Shown: in pieces, positions 1 through 8,613 of the stretch
How positions within the stretch are numbered: the stretch's first letter is position 1
How the letters are laid out: each line of letters begins with the position of its first letter
Origin: an uncultured Clostridia bacterium
GTDB lineage: Bacteria > Bacillota > Clostridia > Christensenellales > DTU072
Length of the DNA: 64,000 bases
Assembly (NCBI GenBank): GCA_944371785.1
Contig: CALVXZ010000001.1
Location: 17,210 to 81,209 of the forward strand
Reading direction: 5' to 3'
The notes under the pieces: generated by a model
The model's database searches: none
The model's input: the letters and a program-made list of their open reading frames with translations, nothing else
What the model was told of the DNA's origin: nothing
Translations under genes and position numbers: made by a program

Positions 1-490
1 TGTTGATGTTCAAAACGGGCTCCGTCAATCCAAGACGGTCGAACAGCGTCTTTGCCACAAGCATCACTTCGGCGTCGGCGTAAGGTGATGCGCTGCCGTA
101 CAATTCTATCCCGAATTGATGGTGTTCGCGCAGCCTGCCCGCCTGCGGACGTTCGTAACGGAATACGGGAGTGATATAATACATTTTCAGCGGCTGAGGA
201 TTTTCCTGCAGTCCGTTTTCGATGTACGCCCTGGCGACTCCGGCGGTACCTTCCGGTTTCAAAGTAACGCTGCGGTTGCCTTTATCCAAAAAGGTATACA
301 TTTCCTTGTTGACTATATCGGTGGTGTCGCCGACTCCCCTAAGAAAAAGTTCGGTGTGTTCGAACGTCGGAGTGCGGATCTCGCGTATTCCGAAATCGGC
401 GGCGGTCCGTCTGACGACGGATTCCAGGTAGTGCCATTTGTATGCGTCCTCCGGCAGGACGTCCTTTGTGCCTTTCGGTATGTTTATCAT
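1..490 (-). CDS. hisS: Histidine--tRNA ligase, N-terminal part (gene continues past the window start)
   Basis: Absent from the ORF track because it runs off the edge. My reverse-strand translation from the ATG at 490 gives [49 protein letters not shown]...[16 protein letters not shown]...[24 protein letters not shown], which matches class II HisRS motifs. It starts 4 nt after the hslU stop. Confidence 0.85.
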   Translation of the reverse strand, partial: MINIPKGTKDVLPEDAYKWHYLESVVRRTAADFGIREIRTPTFEHTELFLRGVGDTTDIVNKEMYTFLDKGNRSVTLKPEGTAGVARAYIENGLQENPQPLKMYYITPVFRYERPQAGRLREHHQFGIELYGSASPYADAEVMLVAKTLFDRLGLTEPVLNIN

Positions 491-494
491 AAGT

Positions 495-1805
495 CTACAG
501 TATATATTTCCTTAAGTTCAGATTCTTCGTAGCGCGCTCCATGTGTTCGGTGACGTAAGCTTTGTCGATGACCAATTCGACGTCTTCGTGACCGCCCGAA
601 GCATTGAAACTGACGTCTTCCAACAGCATTTCCATTACCGTATGCAATCTTCTGGCGCCGATGTTTTCGTTGTTCTCGTTTTCCAGGAAAGCTATGCGCG
701 CAAGTTCGTTAATGGCTTCGTCGGTAAATTTCAATTTGATATTGTCCACTCCCAACAGCGCGGCATATTGCATTATTATCGCGTTATCGGGTTCTTTCAG
801 TATCTTTGCAAAGTCGCTTTCGGTGAGGCTCTGCAATTCGACTATCACGGGGAACCTGCCCTGCAATTCCGGAATAAGGTCGTTTACCTTGGAAATATGG
901 AAAGCGCCCGCCGCGATAAACAATATAAAATCGGTCTTTATGTTCCCGTATTTGGTGTTTACCGTGCATCCTTCGACTATAGGAAGGATATCCCTTTGCA
1001 CTCCTTCCCTGGAAACGTCGGGTCCGTGAGTGTTGGATTTTCCGGCGATCTTATCCATTTCGTCGATAAAGATGATCCCGTCCTCTTCCGCGCGCTTTAT
1101 CGCTTCGGAAGCTATGGCGTCGTCGTCGATAAGTTTTCCGGCTTCTTCGCGCGTAAGGAAGGTATACGCTTCCTTTACGGTCACCTTGCGCTTTTTGTTC
1201 TTCGGCGGGATTATTTTACTCATCAGCTCGCCGAAGTTGGTTTCGTTTCCTCCCAAAGGTCCCAGCTGCAAAGCCTGAGGACGTCCCTGGAATTCCATTT
1301 CCACCATTATCCCGTCCAATTTGCCTTCCCTGAGTTCGTCGGTAAGTTCTTTCCTGAGTTCGTCCGCACTCTTTTCGGGATGGTTCTTGCGACGTCCGGG
1401 CAGCAATCCTTCTATCAGCTTCTTTTCGGCCGTCTCCCTGGCTTTGGGCTCTACTTCGGCGATTTTTTCCTCGCGCACCAATCTTATGGCGCATTCCACA
1501 AGGTCGCGCACCATACTTTCCACGTCCCTGCCGACGTAACCCACTTCGGTGAACTTCGTGGCTTCGACTTTGACGAAAGGCGCTTTGACCAATTTCGCAA
1601 GCCTCCTGGCGATCTCCGTCTTGCCCACGCCGGTGGGTCCTTTCATTATGATGTTTTTCGGAGTGATCTCCTCGCGCACTTCCTGCGGCAGGCGCGAACG
1701 CCTGTAACGGTTCCTTAGCGCGATCGCCACGGCGCGTTTAGCCTCGGTCTGCCCTATTATATATCTGTCAAGTTCGTTTACTATCTGTTTCGGAGAGTAT
1801 TCCAT
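495..1805 (-). CDS. hslU: ATP-dependent protease ATPase subunit HslU
   Basis: 436 aa. N-terminus [36 protein letters not shown], Walker [16 protein letters not shown]. Lies directly downstream of hslV. Confidence 0.95.
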   Translation of the reverse strand: MEYSPKQIVNELDRYIIGQTEAKRAVAIALRNRYRRSRLPQEVREEITPKNIIMKGPTGVGKTEIARRLAKLVKAPFVKVEATKFTEVGYVGRDVESMVRDLVECAIRLVREEKIAEVEPKARETAEKKLIEGLLPGRRKNHPEKSADELRKELTDELREGKLDGIMVEMEFQGRPQALQLGPLGGNETNFGELMSKIIPPKNKKRKVTVKEAYTFLTREEAGKLIDDDAIASEAIKRAEEDGIIFIDEMDKIAGKSNTHGPDVSREGVQRDILPIVEGCTVNTKYGNIKTDFILFIAAGAFHISKVNDLIPELQGRFPVIVELQSLTESDFAKILKEPDNAIIMQYAALLGVDNIKLKFTDEAINELARIAFLENENNENIGARRLHTVMEMLLEDVSFNASGGHEDVELVIDKAYVTEHMERATKNLNLRKYIL

Positions 1806-1815
1806 ATTGCCTCCT

Positions 1816-2352
1816 TTACACTATTTCCACGGTAAGATTATAGTTTGTAAAAACGCACAGATCCGCGGCTATTTTCATGGCTTTTCTGACTATTTCCTCC
1901 GCCGGCAGATCGGTGTTTTCCAATAAAGCTCTGGCGGCGCTGAGCGCGTAATTTCCGCCCGATCCTATTGCGCAGACTCCCGATTCGGGTTCGATGACTT
2001 CGCCCGTACCGGATACTATAAGAAGGTTGTCTTTATCGGCGGTGATCAGCATGGCTTCCAATTTCCTTGCCTTGTCCTGACGCCACAATTCCGCAAGTTC
2101 CACGGCGGCGCGCGTCAGGTTGCCGCTGAATTTCTGTAACATTTCTTCGAATTTTTCGCTTAAAGCAAAAGCGTCCGAAACAGAACCTGCGAATCCGACA
2201 ACGACTTTGCCGTCGTAAATACGTTTTACTTTGACGGCGTTGCCTTTGAATATCACCGATTCGCCGAACGTGACCTGTCCGTCGCCGCCTATAGCGGTCA
2301 CGCCGTTGCGTTTGACGGCGCAAATTGTAGTTCCTTTAAGTAATTCGGTCAT
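1816..2352 (-). CDS. hslV: ATP-dependent protease peptidase subunit HslV
   Basis: 178 aa. N-terminal GTTICAV (Thr nucleophile context) and [14 protein letters not shown]. Paired with hslU. Confidence 0.95.
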   Translation of the reverse strand: MTELLKGTTICAVKRNGVTAIGGDGQVTFGESVIFKGNAVKVKRIYDGKVVVGFAGSVSDAFALSEKFEEMLQKFSGNLTRAAVELAELWRQDKARKLEAMLITADKDNLLIVSGTGEVIEPESGVCAIGSGGNYALSAARALLENTDLPAEEIVRKAMKIAADLCVFTNYNLTVEIV

Positions 2353-2445
2353 TTTGACTCCTTTCGGGATGACTCCCGTCGTTATTTTGCTGTGTCGGCA
2401 AACGCCTGCGCGCGTTTACCTTATTATATTATTGTAATATCGCTG

Positions 2446-3759
2446 TCAAGCGGTCGGGGCTGAAAACCCCGCCGTTTGCGTATCGGCAATGAATTTCTTC
2501 AAATCCGCGATCGCGCGTTCGGAATACGCGCGTTTTCTGAGGCTTTTGTCGCGGATACCTTCTATCTGAGGCAGCAGCATAAAGCTGACGTGCATCGGCT
2601 GAAAATTTCCGGAATATCCGGAAACATACCGTTGCAGACCGCCTATAACCGTCGTTTCGGGCAGAACCACGCCCTGTCTTCCGGAAAGTTTTTCCGCCAT
2701 CGACATACCGGCTATCAACCCCGAAGCGGCGCTCTCCAGATACCCTTCGACGCCGGTAATCTGCCCCGCAAAAAACAGGTTTTCGCGCCCTTTCACCGAA
2801 AAATCAGCGTTTAAAAATCCCGGAGAACGGACGTAGGTGTTTCTGTGCATTACCCCGTAGCGCACGAATTCTGCGTTTTTCAGCGCCGGTATCATCGAAA
2901 ACACGCGCTTCTGTTCGGGGAATTTCAGATTCGTCTGGAATCCGACCAGGTTGTAAAGGTGCTCGTAGTTGTCCTCCTTGCGCAGTTGAACTATCGCATA
3001 CGCGCGTTTACCGTCCGCGCCGAATATACCCACGGGACGGAGAGGTCCGAATCGCATTGCGTCCCTGCCGCGCGCGGCAAGTTCCTCTATCGGCATACAG
3101 CCTTCGAAAAGTTCCCCTTTTTCAAAGTCCTTTGCGATGACTTTTTCGGCTTTTATAAGCTCCTCCCGAAACCTTCCGTATTCCTCATCGTTCAAAGGAC
3201 AGTTCAGATAGTCGGCGTCGCCTTTTCCGTACCTTGCCGCAAAAAAGCTTTTGTCGGGATCTATCGAAGCCGCTGTCACTATAGGCGCGGCGGCGTCGTA
3301 AAAATACAGCCTTTCCGGCACAAGTTCGGCAATGGCTTTCCCCATTCCGTCCGAAGTCAGCGGTCCCGTAGCGATTATCGAATTATCTTCGATACGGGTA
3401 ACTTCTTCACGGATAACGGTAACCCTATTCGTATTTTTCAATATACTTTCGATGGCAGACGAAAACAAATTTCTGTCCACCGCCAGCGCTCCGCCGGCAG
3501 GAACCCTGGATTCGTAAGCCGCTCTGACGACAGCCGAATCCAACAGCTTCAGTTCCTCTTTCAGAACGCCTTGCGCGGTATCCGGGTCGACGCTTTTCAA
3601 AGAATTGGAACATACCAATTCGGCTATGCCGCCGCCTTTATGTACCGGCGTCGGAACGACGGGACGCATCTCGTAAAGTTCCACCGTCACTCCGCGTTTA
3701 GCAAGCTGATATGCGGCTTCGGCGCCTGCCAATCCGCCGCCTATTACTTTTACGGTCAT
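2446..3759 (-). CDS. trmFO: Methylenetetrahydrofolate--tRNA-(uracil-5-)-methyltransferase TrmFO (Gid)
   Basis: The ORF track extends to 3978, but the FAD motif MTVKVIGGGLAGAEAAYQLAKRG begins at the ATG at 3759. That ATG overlaps the topA stop as ATGA. The upstream extension is Arg/Gln-rich junk read inside topA. Confidence 0.9.
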   Translation of the reverse strand: MTVKVIGGGLAGAEAAYQLAKRGVTVELYEMRPVVPTPVHKGGGIAELVCSNSLKSVDPDTAQGVLKEELKLLDSAVVRAAYESRVPAGGALAVDRNLFSSAIESILKNTNRVTVIREEVTRIEDNSIIATGPLTSDGMGKAIAELVPERLYFYDAAAPIVTAASIDPDKSFFAARYGKGDADYLNCPLNDEEYGRFREELIKAEKVIAKDFEKGELFEGCMPIEELAARGRDAMRFGPLRPVGIFGADGKRAYAIVQLRKEDNYEHLYNLVGFQTNLKFPEQKRVFSMIPALKNAEFVRYGVMHRNTYVRSPGFLNADFSVKGRENLFFAGQITGVEGYLESAASGLIAGMSMAEKLSGRQGVVLPETTVIGGLQRYVSGYSGNFQPMHVSFMLLPQIEGIRDKSLRKRAYSERAIADLKKFIADTQTAGFSAPTA

Positions 3760-5924
3760 CTTTCCTCGTCCGGACGGGCGGAAGTTTCCGCCTGCCTGGA
3801 TTCCGTTTTCGCCGTTCTGCCCTTTTGATCCATCATCTCGTAAAAAGGCACTCTGGTCCCGCATTCGGGATTCGTGCATACGAATATCCTTTCGTTGCCT
3901 TCCTTTCTGACCCTCATCTGCTTTCCGCAAACGGGGCATTTTATCTTTTCGGGCACTTCCCAGCTCATATATTTGCAATCAGGGTAGTCGGAACAGCCGT
4001 AAAACACCTTTCCGGCTTTGGACCTGCGTTTATAAACTTCGGCTCCGCATAGCGGACAATACCCCACGGGTTCGTCGAGGCTCTTTATGTTCTTGCACTT
4101 CGGATAATTAGGACAAGCCAGGAATTTTCCGTATTTGCTTTCCTTTATCACCATTTTCGCGCCGCATTTTTCGCATATGACGTCGCTGACTTCTTCCTGT
4201 TTCGGCAGCCTCTTTACGCCGGCGTAGCCCGCGTCTTTCAATTCGCGTTCAAAACCGGGATAAAAATCCTCTATCGTCTTCTGCCATTCGGAACCGTGTT
4301 CTATTTCGTCCAATTTCTGTTCCATATCGGCTGTAAAATGGATATCGACGATGTTTTTGAACCATTCTTCCATAAACTCGGTGACCTGTTCGCCCAAAGG
4401 AGTTGGTTTGAACAGCTTTTGTTCTTTCACGACGTATTCGCGCTTTGTCAGCACCGAAATGACCGTGGCGTAAGTGGACGGGCGCCCTATTCCGTTTTCT
4501 TCCATCGCCTTTATCAGCGTGGCTTCGGAATACCTGGGCTGCGGTTTAGTGAATTTCTGTTCGCACTTTACATCCTTTTTGCGGAGCGGTTCGCCCTCTT
4601 TCAGATCGGGTAAGGAGCTGTTTTCGGAACCGTCTTCTTCCTTCTTTTCGATATCGTATACCGCCGTAAACCCTTTGAAGATCAACGCTTTGCCGCTGAC
4701 TTTGAATCCGTATTCGACGTCGGAAACGGCTTTTACCCGCACGTTCATTGTGTTGTAAACCGCCTCGGACATCTGGCTTGCGAGATAGCGGTCGTAGATC
4801 AGCTTGTAAAGCCTGTAATGATTCTTTTGAAGTTTGTCTTTCAGGCTTTCCGGGGTCCTTTGGAGGTTGACGGGACGGATGGCTTCATGCGCGTCCTGTA
4901 CGTTCTGACCCTTTGAAGCGTAAAAATTAGGTTTTTCGGGCACATAATCGGCGCCGTAGTTTTTGGCGATATAATCGCGCGTAGCGGCTTGCATTTCCGC
5001 GGATATGCGGACGGAGTCCGTCCTGATATAAGTCACCAACGCCGTCTGACCTTCTCCCGGAATGTCCACGCCTTCGTAAAGCTGTTGCGCGATCTGCATG
5101 ATCTGCGGAGAGGATAACCCCAGCTTCTGAGAGCCGTCCTGCTGCAGAGTCGAAGTCGTGAACGGCGGCGCCGGATGCGAACGTTGAACGCTGCGTTTTA
5201 CCGTGTCGACGGACCAATCGGACCTTTCCAGCCTCTCCATTATAACGTCGACTTGTTCTTTGTTTTCTGGCTTTAGTTTCTTTCCGCCGATATCCTGCAG
5301 GAGCGCTTTGAATACGGGGGACTGCGTGCCCTGTTTTAACAACGAAGCCGTTACAGTCCAATATTCTTTCGGCACGAAGACGCGGATCTCGCGTTCGCGG
5401 TCGACTATCATTTTCAATGCCGCCGATTGCACCCTGCCGCCTGAAAGTCCGCTTTTTATCTTCCTTGAAAGTATGGGGCTGACTTTATAGCCCACCAATC
5501 TGTCCAACACTCTCCGCGCCTGTTGGGCGTTGACGAGGTTCATATTGATTTCCCTGGGGCTTTCGATCGCGCGGTTTACGGCTTTGGAAGTGATCTCGTT
5601 GAATTCGATACGGTTTTGCCTGCCCAACAATCCCAAATAGTTGGCAAGATGCCAGCTGATGGCTTCTCCTTCGCGGTCCGGGTCGGTCGCAAGGAAAGTA
5701 AATTCGGAGGCTTTGACTTCGTCTTTCAGCCGTTTTATCAATTCCTTTTTCTTTGAATCGGACACGACGTATTCGGGTTTGAAGCGGTTTTCTATATCGA
5801 TACCCAAAGTCTTTGCGGGCAGATCGCAAATATGTCCGCCCGACGCCATTACTCTGAATCCGCTGCCCAGATACTTTTGGATTGTCTTTGCCTTGGAAGG
5901 CGATTCCACGATTACTAACTTCAT
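3756..5924 (-). CDS. topA: DNA topoisomerase I
   Basis: 722 aa. Toprim N-terminus MKLVIVESPSKAKTIQKYLG, catalytic-Tyr context YIRTDS, and several C-terminal CxxC zinc ribbons. Confidence 0.95.
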   Translation of the reverse strand: MKLVIVESPSKAKTIQKYLGSGFRVMASGGHICDLPAKTLGIDIENRFKPEYVVSDSKKKELIKRLKDEVKASEFTFLATDPDREGEAISWHLANYLGLLGRQNRIEFNEITSKAVNRAIESPREINMNLVNAQQARRVLDRLVGYKVSPILSRKIKSGLSGGRVQSAALKMIVDREREIRVFVPKEYWTVTASLLKQGTQSPVFKALLQDIGGKKLKPENKEQVDVIMERLERSDWSVDTVKRSVQRSHPAPPFTTSTLQQDGSQKLGLSSPQIMQIAQQLYEGVDIPGEGQTALVTYIRTDSVRISAEMQAATRDYIAKNYGADYVPEKPNFYASKGQNVQDAHEAIRPVNLQRTPESLKDKLQKNHYRLYKLIYDRYLASQMSEAVYNTMNVRVKAVSDVEYGFKVSGKALIFKGFTAVYDIEKKEEDGSENSSLPDLKEGEPLRKKDVKCEQKFTKPQPRYSEATLIKAMEENGIGRPSTYATVISVLTKREYVVKEQKLFKPTPLGEQVTEFMEEWFKNIVDIHFTADMEQKLDEIEHGSEWQKTIEDFYPGFERELKDAGYAGVKRLPKQEEVSDVICEKCGAKMVIKESKYGKFLACPNYPKCKNIKSLDEPVGYCPLCGAEVYKRRSKAGKVFYGCSDYPDCKYMSWEVPEKIKCPVCGKQMRVRKEGNERIFVCTNPECGTRVPFYEMMDQKGRTAKTESRQAETSARPDEER

Positions 5925-7031
5925 TTAATTTGCTCCGTAACAGTTGTTTTCGGCTTTATATATCAACCCGAGGATCTCCATGGTCGCAAGCGTTGCGTTC
6001 AGCTCCGCGACTTTCATTCCCGTTATCATCATCAGTTCTTCGAAATGAGCATTGCCCTTTTTCAACCTTTCGATAATAGTTTTTTGCATGCCGTCCACGG
6101 CTATAGCCGGTTCGGACTTAGATTTGTATCTGAGCCCCAGCCCGGATATCACAGTTTCGGGAGAAACGGCTATCGCGCCCTGCAGCCTTTCCAGGTAAGC
6201 GTTGCCGCCCTTTCCGTATCTGTTGAATATCGAATGCGGCACTATATACAGTTCTTTGCCCTGTTCCAGCGCGTAATTGGCGGTGATCAGCGAACCGCTT
6301 TTGACGCTTGAAGCCTCCGGCACCAATACCGCTTTCGACAAACCGGAAACGATGCGGTTCCTTTCGGGAAAGTGGAAGGGCAGCGCCGAAGTCCCCGGGC
6401 AGTATTCGCTGAGGATAAGCCCGTTCTTTTTGATTATTTCTTCGTACAGATACCGGTTTTGCGAAGGATACGGGATATCCGCTCCGTTACCCAGGACCGC
6501 TATCGTCTTTCCTCCGTTTTTCAGTGCGACGGAGTGCGCTTTCGAATCCACGCCCCTGGCAAGTCCGCTGACAACGGTAACGGAATGCCTGACAAGCGCT
6601 TCCGTAAAGATTTCCGTCGCGCGTTCGCCGTCGTGGCTGACGGATCTGCTGCCGACTACCGCGACGCAAAGCGTTTTCATCAGTTTTACGTCCCCGATAG
6701 CGTACAGCACCGCCGGAGGAACGTCTATTTTCGTCAGACTGTCGGGATATTCTTCGTCGCCGTAAAACACCGCCTGTATCCCTTTGGAATACATCAGTCC
6801 GATCACTTTGTCGATCTGCCTTTCGTCGGGAACGCAAGCGGCCATTCTGTTTGCCGTAGCGTCCGCCAACACCGCGCCTTTCAAAGACAGCGCGCTTTCG
6901 GGGCGCATATAGAGTTCCGCGACGTCCGCCCCGGACAGAGTTAACGCCGCAAGCGCCTGTCTGGACAGCCCGGCGCCCGTTTGCAACCATATCGTCGCTC
7001 TCAATAACTTTTCCCTGTCGCCGTTACGCAT
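5925..7031 (-). CDS. dprA: DNA-processing protein DprA (Smf)
   Basis: 368 aa. GSRSVS...GLARGVDSKAHSVAL Rossmann-like DprA core. Abuts the topA start with no gap. Confidence 0.9.
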   Translation of the reverse strand: MRNGDREKLLRATIWLQTGAGLSRQALAALTLSGADVAELYMRPESALSLKGAVLADATANRMAACVPDERQIDKVIGLMYSKGIQAVFYGDEEYPDSLTKIDVPPAVLYAIGDVKLMKTLCVAVVGSRSVSHDGERATEIFTEALVRHSVTVVSGLARGVDSKAHSVALKNGGKTIAVLGNGADIPYPSQNRYLYEEIIKKNGLILSEYCPGTSALPFHFPERNRIVSGLSKAVLVPEASSVKSGSLITANYALEQGKELYIVPHSIFNRYGKGGNAYLERLQGAIAVSPETVISGLGLRYKSKSEPAIAVDGMQKTIIERLKKGNAHFEELMMITGMKVAELNATLATMEILGLIYKAENNCYGAN

Positions 7032-8562
7032 TGTTCGTCAGATCCGCAGTCTTGTATTGTATGGCTTCGGCGACGTCGCCTACCCGAAGCTCCGCCCTGC
7101 CGTCCAGATCGGCAATCGTGCGCGCCACCTTTAAAATCCTGCCCACGCCCCTTGCGCTAAGCTTGTTGCTGTGAAAAGCGTATTTTAAAAGTTCTTCCGC
7201 TTTTTCGTCCAGCCTGCAATATTTGTCCAGATGCGCGTTTTGCATTTCGGCGTTGGTGTGTATGCCTTCACCTGCATATCTTGCGCGTTGGATCTCGCGT
7301 GCGGCGGAAACGCGTTTCCTGACTTCGGCGCTGGATTCGCCAAAACCATCGGAGCGCAATTCGTCGTATTTGACCATATCCACATTGACAAATATGTCGA
7401 TCCTGTCCATCAGCGGTCCGGATATTCTGCCGATATACCTTTTCCTTTCCGCGTCGGTACAGGTGCAGACCCTGTCCGGATCCTGCGAACCGTAGTTACC
7501 GCAAGGGCACGGGTTCATTCCCGCGACCAGCATGAACCGCGCGGGATATTCTATTGAACGCGCGACGCGCGTAACGGTAACCACGCCGTCTTCCAGAGGT
7601 TGCCGCAAGGTTTCCAGAGTGCGTTTGTCGTATTCGGGCATCTCGTCCAAAAACAACACGCCGTTATGCGCCAAAGACACTTCTCCGCAGGTGCTTTTCT
7701 GTCCGCCGCCTATCAGACTGACCGTCGTTGCCGTGTGGTGCGGAGTCCTGAACGGTCTGACGGTGACCATACCTTCGTTCGGATCCAGGATCCCGGCGAC
7801 GCTGTGAATCTTTGTGGTTTCCAGAGCCTCGTCGAAACTCATATCCGGCATTATGGTGGGAATGCATTTTGCAAGCATCGTCTTTCCCGCGCCGGCTGGT
7901 CCGCACATGATAAAGTTGTGTCCGCCTGCCACGGCTATTTCCAACGCACGCTTCGCCTGAGCCTGACCTTTGACGTATTTCAGATCGACTCCGTATCTGT
8001 CGTGCGCGGGTTTTGCCGCGTAAAGTTTATGCTTTACGGGCGGCAGATCTTTCATGCCTCCCAAAAAAGCGCAGGCTTCGGAAAGGTTTTTCGCCGCATA
8101 GACTTCGGCGTTAAGGACGTAAGCCGCTTCCTCGGCGTTCGCCGCCGGGATTATGAACTTTCCGTAACCGCTCTGCACGGCCGAGATCAGTAACGGCAAA
8201 ACGCCGTTGACGTGCCTCAGACTGCCGTCCAGCGACAATTCGCCGATCATAACGAAATCCTTTACGCGTTCTCCGGAGATCTGTTCGGTGCTGAGCAAAA
8301 AGCCTACCGCTATCGGAAAATCAAATGAAGAGCCTTGCTTCTTTATATCAGCAGGCGCCAGGTTTACGGTAGTCCTGCGCGGCGAAAAGTCGAAAAACGA
8401 ATTCTTTATCGCGGCGCGGACGCGGTTTCTGGACTCCTTCACGGCGCCGGAAGCAAGTCCGACGACGTCAAAAGAAGCGATACCTTTCTGTGTATCTACC
8501 TCGATATCCACGGGATAGCCTTGCAATCCGTCCAAAGCGTATGAAGTAACCGTCGCTATCAT
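7024..8562 (-). CDS. comM: Mg-chelatase-like AAA+ protein ComM/YifB
   Basis: 512 aa. N-terminal Lon-like domain, Walker A GPAGAGKTMLAKC, and VLFLDEMPE Walker B. Overlaps the dprA start by 8 nt. Confidence 0.9.
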   Translation of the reverse strand: MIATVTSYALDGLQGYPVDIEVDTQKGIASFDVVGLASGAVKESRNRVRAAIKNSFFDFSPRRTTVNLAPADIKKQGSSFDFPIAVGFLLSTEQISGERVKDFVMIGELSLDGSLRHVNGVLPLLISAVQSGYGKFIIPAANAEEAAYVLNAEVYAAKNLSEACAFLGGMKDLPPVKHKLYAAKPAHDRYGVDLKYVKGQAQAKRALEIAVAGGHNFIMCGPAGAGKTMLAKCIPTIMPDMSFDEALETTKIHSVAGILDPNEGMVTVRPFRTPHHTATTVSLIGGGQKSTCGEVSLAHNGVLFLDEMPEYDKRTLETLRQPLEDGVVTVTRVARSIEYPARFMLVAGMNPCPCGNYGSQDPDRVCTCTDAERKRYIGRISGPLMDRIDIFVNVDMVKYDELRSDGFGESSAEVRKRVSAAREIQRARYAGEGIHTNAEMQNAHLDKYCRLDEKAEELLKYAFHSNKLSARGVGRILKVARTIADLDGRAELRVGDVAEAIQYKTADLTNNA

Positions 8563-8583
8563 TTAATACTCCGCCCTAGCAAA

Positions 8584-8606
8584 GAGGAGCCTTTTTTTGG
8601 CTCCTC
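8584..8606 (-). terminator. Hairpin downstream of the 779-aa membrane protein gene
   Basis: GAGGAGCC-(7 nt)-GGCTCCTC 8-bp stem. On the minus strand it is followed by UUUGCU, a short U tract. Confidence 0.45.
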
Positions 8607-8613
8607 CCGATGA

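Noticed and set aside
116-532. A 138-aa plus-strand ORF at the window start.
   Set aside because: It is antisense to the clear hisS N-terminal coding sequence, which the ORF track missed only because that gene runs off the edge. It has no motifs.
543-1718. A 391-aa plus-strand ORF antisense to hslU. There are similar long antisense ORFs at 18377-19555 (pck), 36347-38095 (ligA, 582 aa), 39617-41005 (pcrA), 42936-44078 (thrS), 52028-53290 (ackA/pta) and 57605-58726 (yloV).
   Set aside because: Each lies entirely opposite a gene with unmistakable conserved motifs. Their translations are low-complexity (Arg/Phe/His/Gly/Val-rich) with no motifs, RBS or sensible starts. They are typical shadow ORFs produced by the codon bias of the sense gene.
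3760-3978. N-terminal extensions in the longest-ORF calls: trmFO (to 3978), methyltransferase (24233-24445), rpe (60944-61096), tmcAL (53731-53817), rplS (11365-11454), the M50 protease (31220-31357), rlmN (62904-62942) and pta (53696-53707).
   Set aside because: The extensions are basic or low-complexity and overlap upstream genes or promoters. Internal ATGs have proper RBSs or ATGA coupling and coincide with the conserved family N-termini.
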